A DNA stretch of 63,541 bases, filler included, from Reclinomonas americana ATCC 50394 (taxonomy: Eukaryota), in the NCBI GenBank assembly GCA_048213135.1. It is 8 parts of 3 records of this genome, joined end to end, with 100 filler letters (N's around TTAATTAATTAA, not from the genome) between each part and the next. Parts side by side here need not be neighbours in the genome. Positions count along the whole stretch, not along the records: positions 55,728 to 63,541 come from PS015607.1; 7 more parts are not named here. One strand, 5' to 3'. The notes below the pieces were generated by a model that had not been told where the DNA came from, ran no database searches, and was given only the letters and a program-made list of their open reading frames with translations. This document shows, in pieces, positions 61,556-63,541 of this stretch; within the stretch, counting starts at the first letter, position 1, and every line of letters begins with the position of its first letter. A program made the position numbers and the translations under genes.

Positions 61556-63232
61556 ATGGCGCACGAGGTGAGTGGTCGCTCACTCACGCACTCTCGCACT
61601 CACTCGCCTCACTCCACTGCCGCCACCGCAAAGGGCGTGGACGACTATCGCGCAGAGTTGCGCTGATCTCTCACACTTGGCGCTGATCTGCCACTCACGA
61701 AACCTAATCGCAGAGATCTTGTGCGCATGTTTCCCTCGGAGGAGAGGGCCAACCTTGGCGTGGGTACCTATGCCGAAGTGGGCTTGTTCATGCACGTGCC
61801 GAGGGAGAATCCGGTCGCTGTGAAGGTATGACAGCCTATGTGCACCACGCTGCTGCCTTTTTCTTCCCATGTGCGCTGTTGTTGTCCGCAGACCGAGCCT
61901 CACGACGCACACATCACGGAGCGCACTCTCCAATCGCAGCCAATCATGGTTCGCAGACTGCAGCTGCTCACAGTGTCTCGCTTTGTTTTGTGCTGACGAC
62001 TTGTCGGCAGGAGAACATTGAGAGCGTGATTCAGTGCTTCGGCTACTTCATCGACAGTGGGTGTGTGTTGTGCCTCTCGCTGCAGCATTCTTCCTACATG
62101 TCGCCAGTCGTGCTCACTTCCGCCTGCAGATTTGTGCACTACATTCTCGAGTACATGGATGGTTTGTTGTGCTTCTCGTGACTCCTTGTTTCACGCGTAC
62201 GCGTTCACCTGCGACAACGACGACGACTGCAGGTCTGTCGCTTGAGTACCACCTCGAAAACTTGCCGGGGGGTTTCGCTGGACTGCCGCTCGACGTCGTC
62301 AAGGCCATCGTGTGGCAGGTGTGCTCCTTTCCATCGCCAAGCTTTCTCTCTCATCATCACTTCTCTTTCGCTTGTACTGCTTTCTATCAGTGTCCCCCCC
62401 CCCCCTCCCTCTCTCTCTTCGCTTTCTGCCCTGCCCTTCCTGCCTCGTGCCTGTAACAACCGCTGTTCTCTTGCGCTTCACTCAACCCTTCTCTCTCCAC
62501 TATCGCTCACCCTTCTGCTTTCGCTGCAGGTCACGCGCGGTCTGCGCAGCATTCACGCTCGCAGAGTGGTGCACCGTGACATTCGCCCGGCCAACATCCT
62601 CCTCGACACGCAGGGGCAAGTGAAAGTCACCGACTTTAACACTTCGCGCCCACTGCGAGAGGGTTCATGGGGCTCAACATGTCTGGGGCAGTACTGCTAC
62701 ATGCCGGTTGCGTGCACAAGTACACTCGCACTCTCACGCTGTGCGCTATAGTTTCACCCGCATCGCGAACCCAATTGCAGCCAGAGGTTTTGAAATATCC
62801 ACACAGGCACGGACTGAATGCCGATGTGTGGAGTCTTGGCATGACCACGTACTTTCTGGCGTGTGGAGTGAATCCGTTCGTGGCGCCATGTGTAACGCAA
62901 CTTGTGCGTCGCCTTTGCTAACTGCGCCTCCACGCACGTGCAGGATCCCCCGCAACGCCGCGGGAGCCGAGATGGCACACGAGGATGGCGTTCCAGTTCT
63001 CGACCCATTGCTGTATGATCCAGATCTCTGCGACTTTGTGCGCGTGTGCCTCATCGCGGATCCCGCACTCCGGCCAGAATCGTGTGCGTTGCTGGAGCAC
63101 CCAGTCTTTCACGGCATGGGCCAAGATAGAGCGATGGGCATCGTCAGTGACTGGCTGGTCAACCTGGTGGGATACCAACCGCGGCAGCTGCCATCTGTGG
63201 CCGAGCTGCTCAGTGCACTCCATGGTACATAA
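61556..63232 (+). CDS. Divergent STE7/MAPKK-like protein kinase, 9 exons
   Basis: LGVGTYAEV..VAVK..LEYMDGLSL..HRDIRPANILLDTQGQVKVTDFN..YMPPE..ADVWSLG..CDFVRVCLIADPALRP..LLEHP. Confidence 0.88.
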
Positions 63233-63541
63233 AATTACAATAAGCCATCGCATCATTTCATTTCGTCGTCTCAAGACATTGTCGGCGTCGCCCGCGTTCA
63301 GCCTGCACACGAGTGAGTTGACTCGACACACACGCACACAAGACAAAGGGAGTGATGATTTCTTTTTGGATTCAGGGAATAGCGCACGCCCGCAGGCGGC
63401 GCCCCACAGCAAGCTGTGGATTTCAACGGCTATCGCACCCGTGCAGAGAAGCACGAAGCGAGCCAAAGAAATGAAAGAAAGCCCAATGTCTCAAATGCCG
63501 ACCAACACCCACACATATCCGTGATCAAGAGCAAAAAAAAA

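Overview
Eukaryotic (flagellated protist-like) genomic DNA, GC-rich, very gene-dense, with many short spliceosomal introns (mostly ~55-90 nt; CTNAC-type branch point close to the AG). It is a draft assembly: seven 100-nt spacers (44 N + TTAATTAATTAA + 44 N), several sized N-gaps and pyrosequencing-type noise after microsatellites. I spliced gene models by hand from conserved reading frames. Recognisable genes: CCDC39, RIC1, a PH/coiled-coil protein, a P2X receptor, a GT17 glycosyltransferase, a Kip/KRP-like CDK inhibitor, an ankyrin protein, a TTM/uridine-kinase-like gene, NOP14, a fidgetin-like AAA ATPase, cyclophilin, RIX1/PELP1, Spg1/Tem1 (last exon), an actin-like protein, an adenylyl cyclase C2 domain and a MAPKK-like kinase, plus several unknowns. 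The most striking signal is in the splicing code. About 35 introns (roughly one in five, manual estimate) start with GTTGCGT/GTTGAGT, the organism's normal donor GTG(C/A)GT shifted by one nucleotide, and these mostly lack the exonic -1 G. Other highlights: two tandem ~50-aa peptide genes with an invariant leader, a protein built from at least four copies of an unrecognised ~95-aa domain, a PD-(D/E)xK-like nuclease domain, and a recurrent promoter motif TCGACATCGAC. Exon boundaries are manual inferences and are not validated by RNA.
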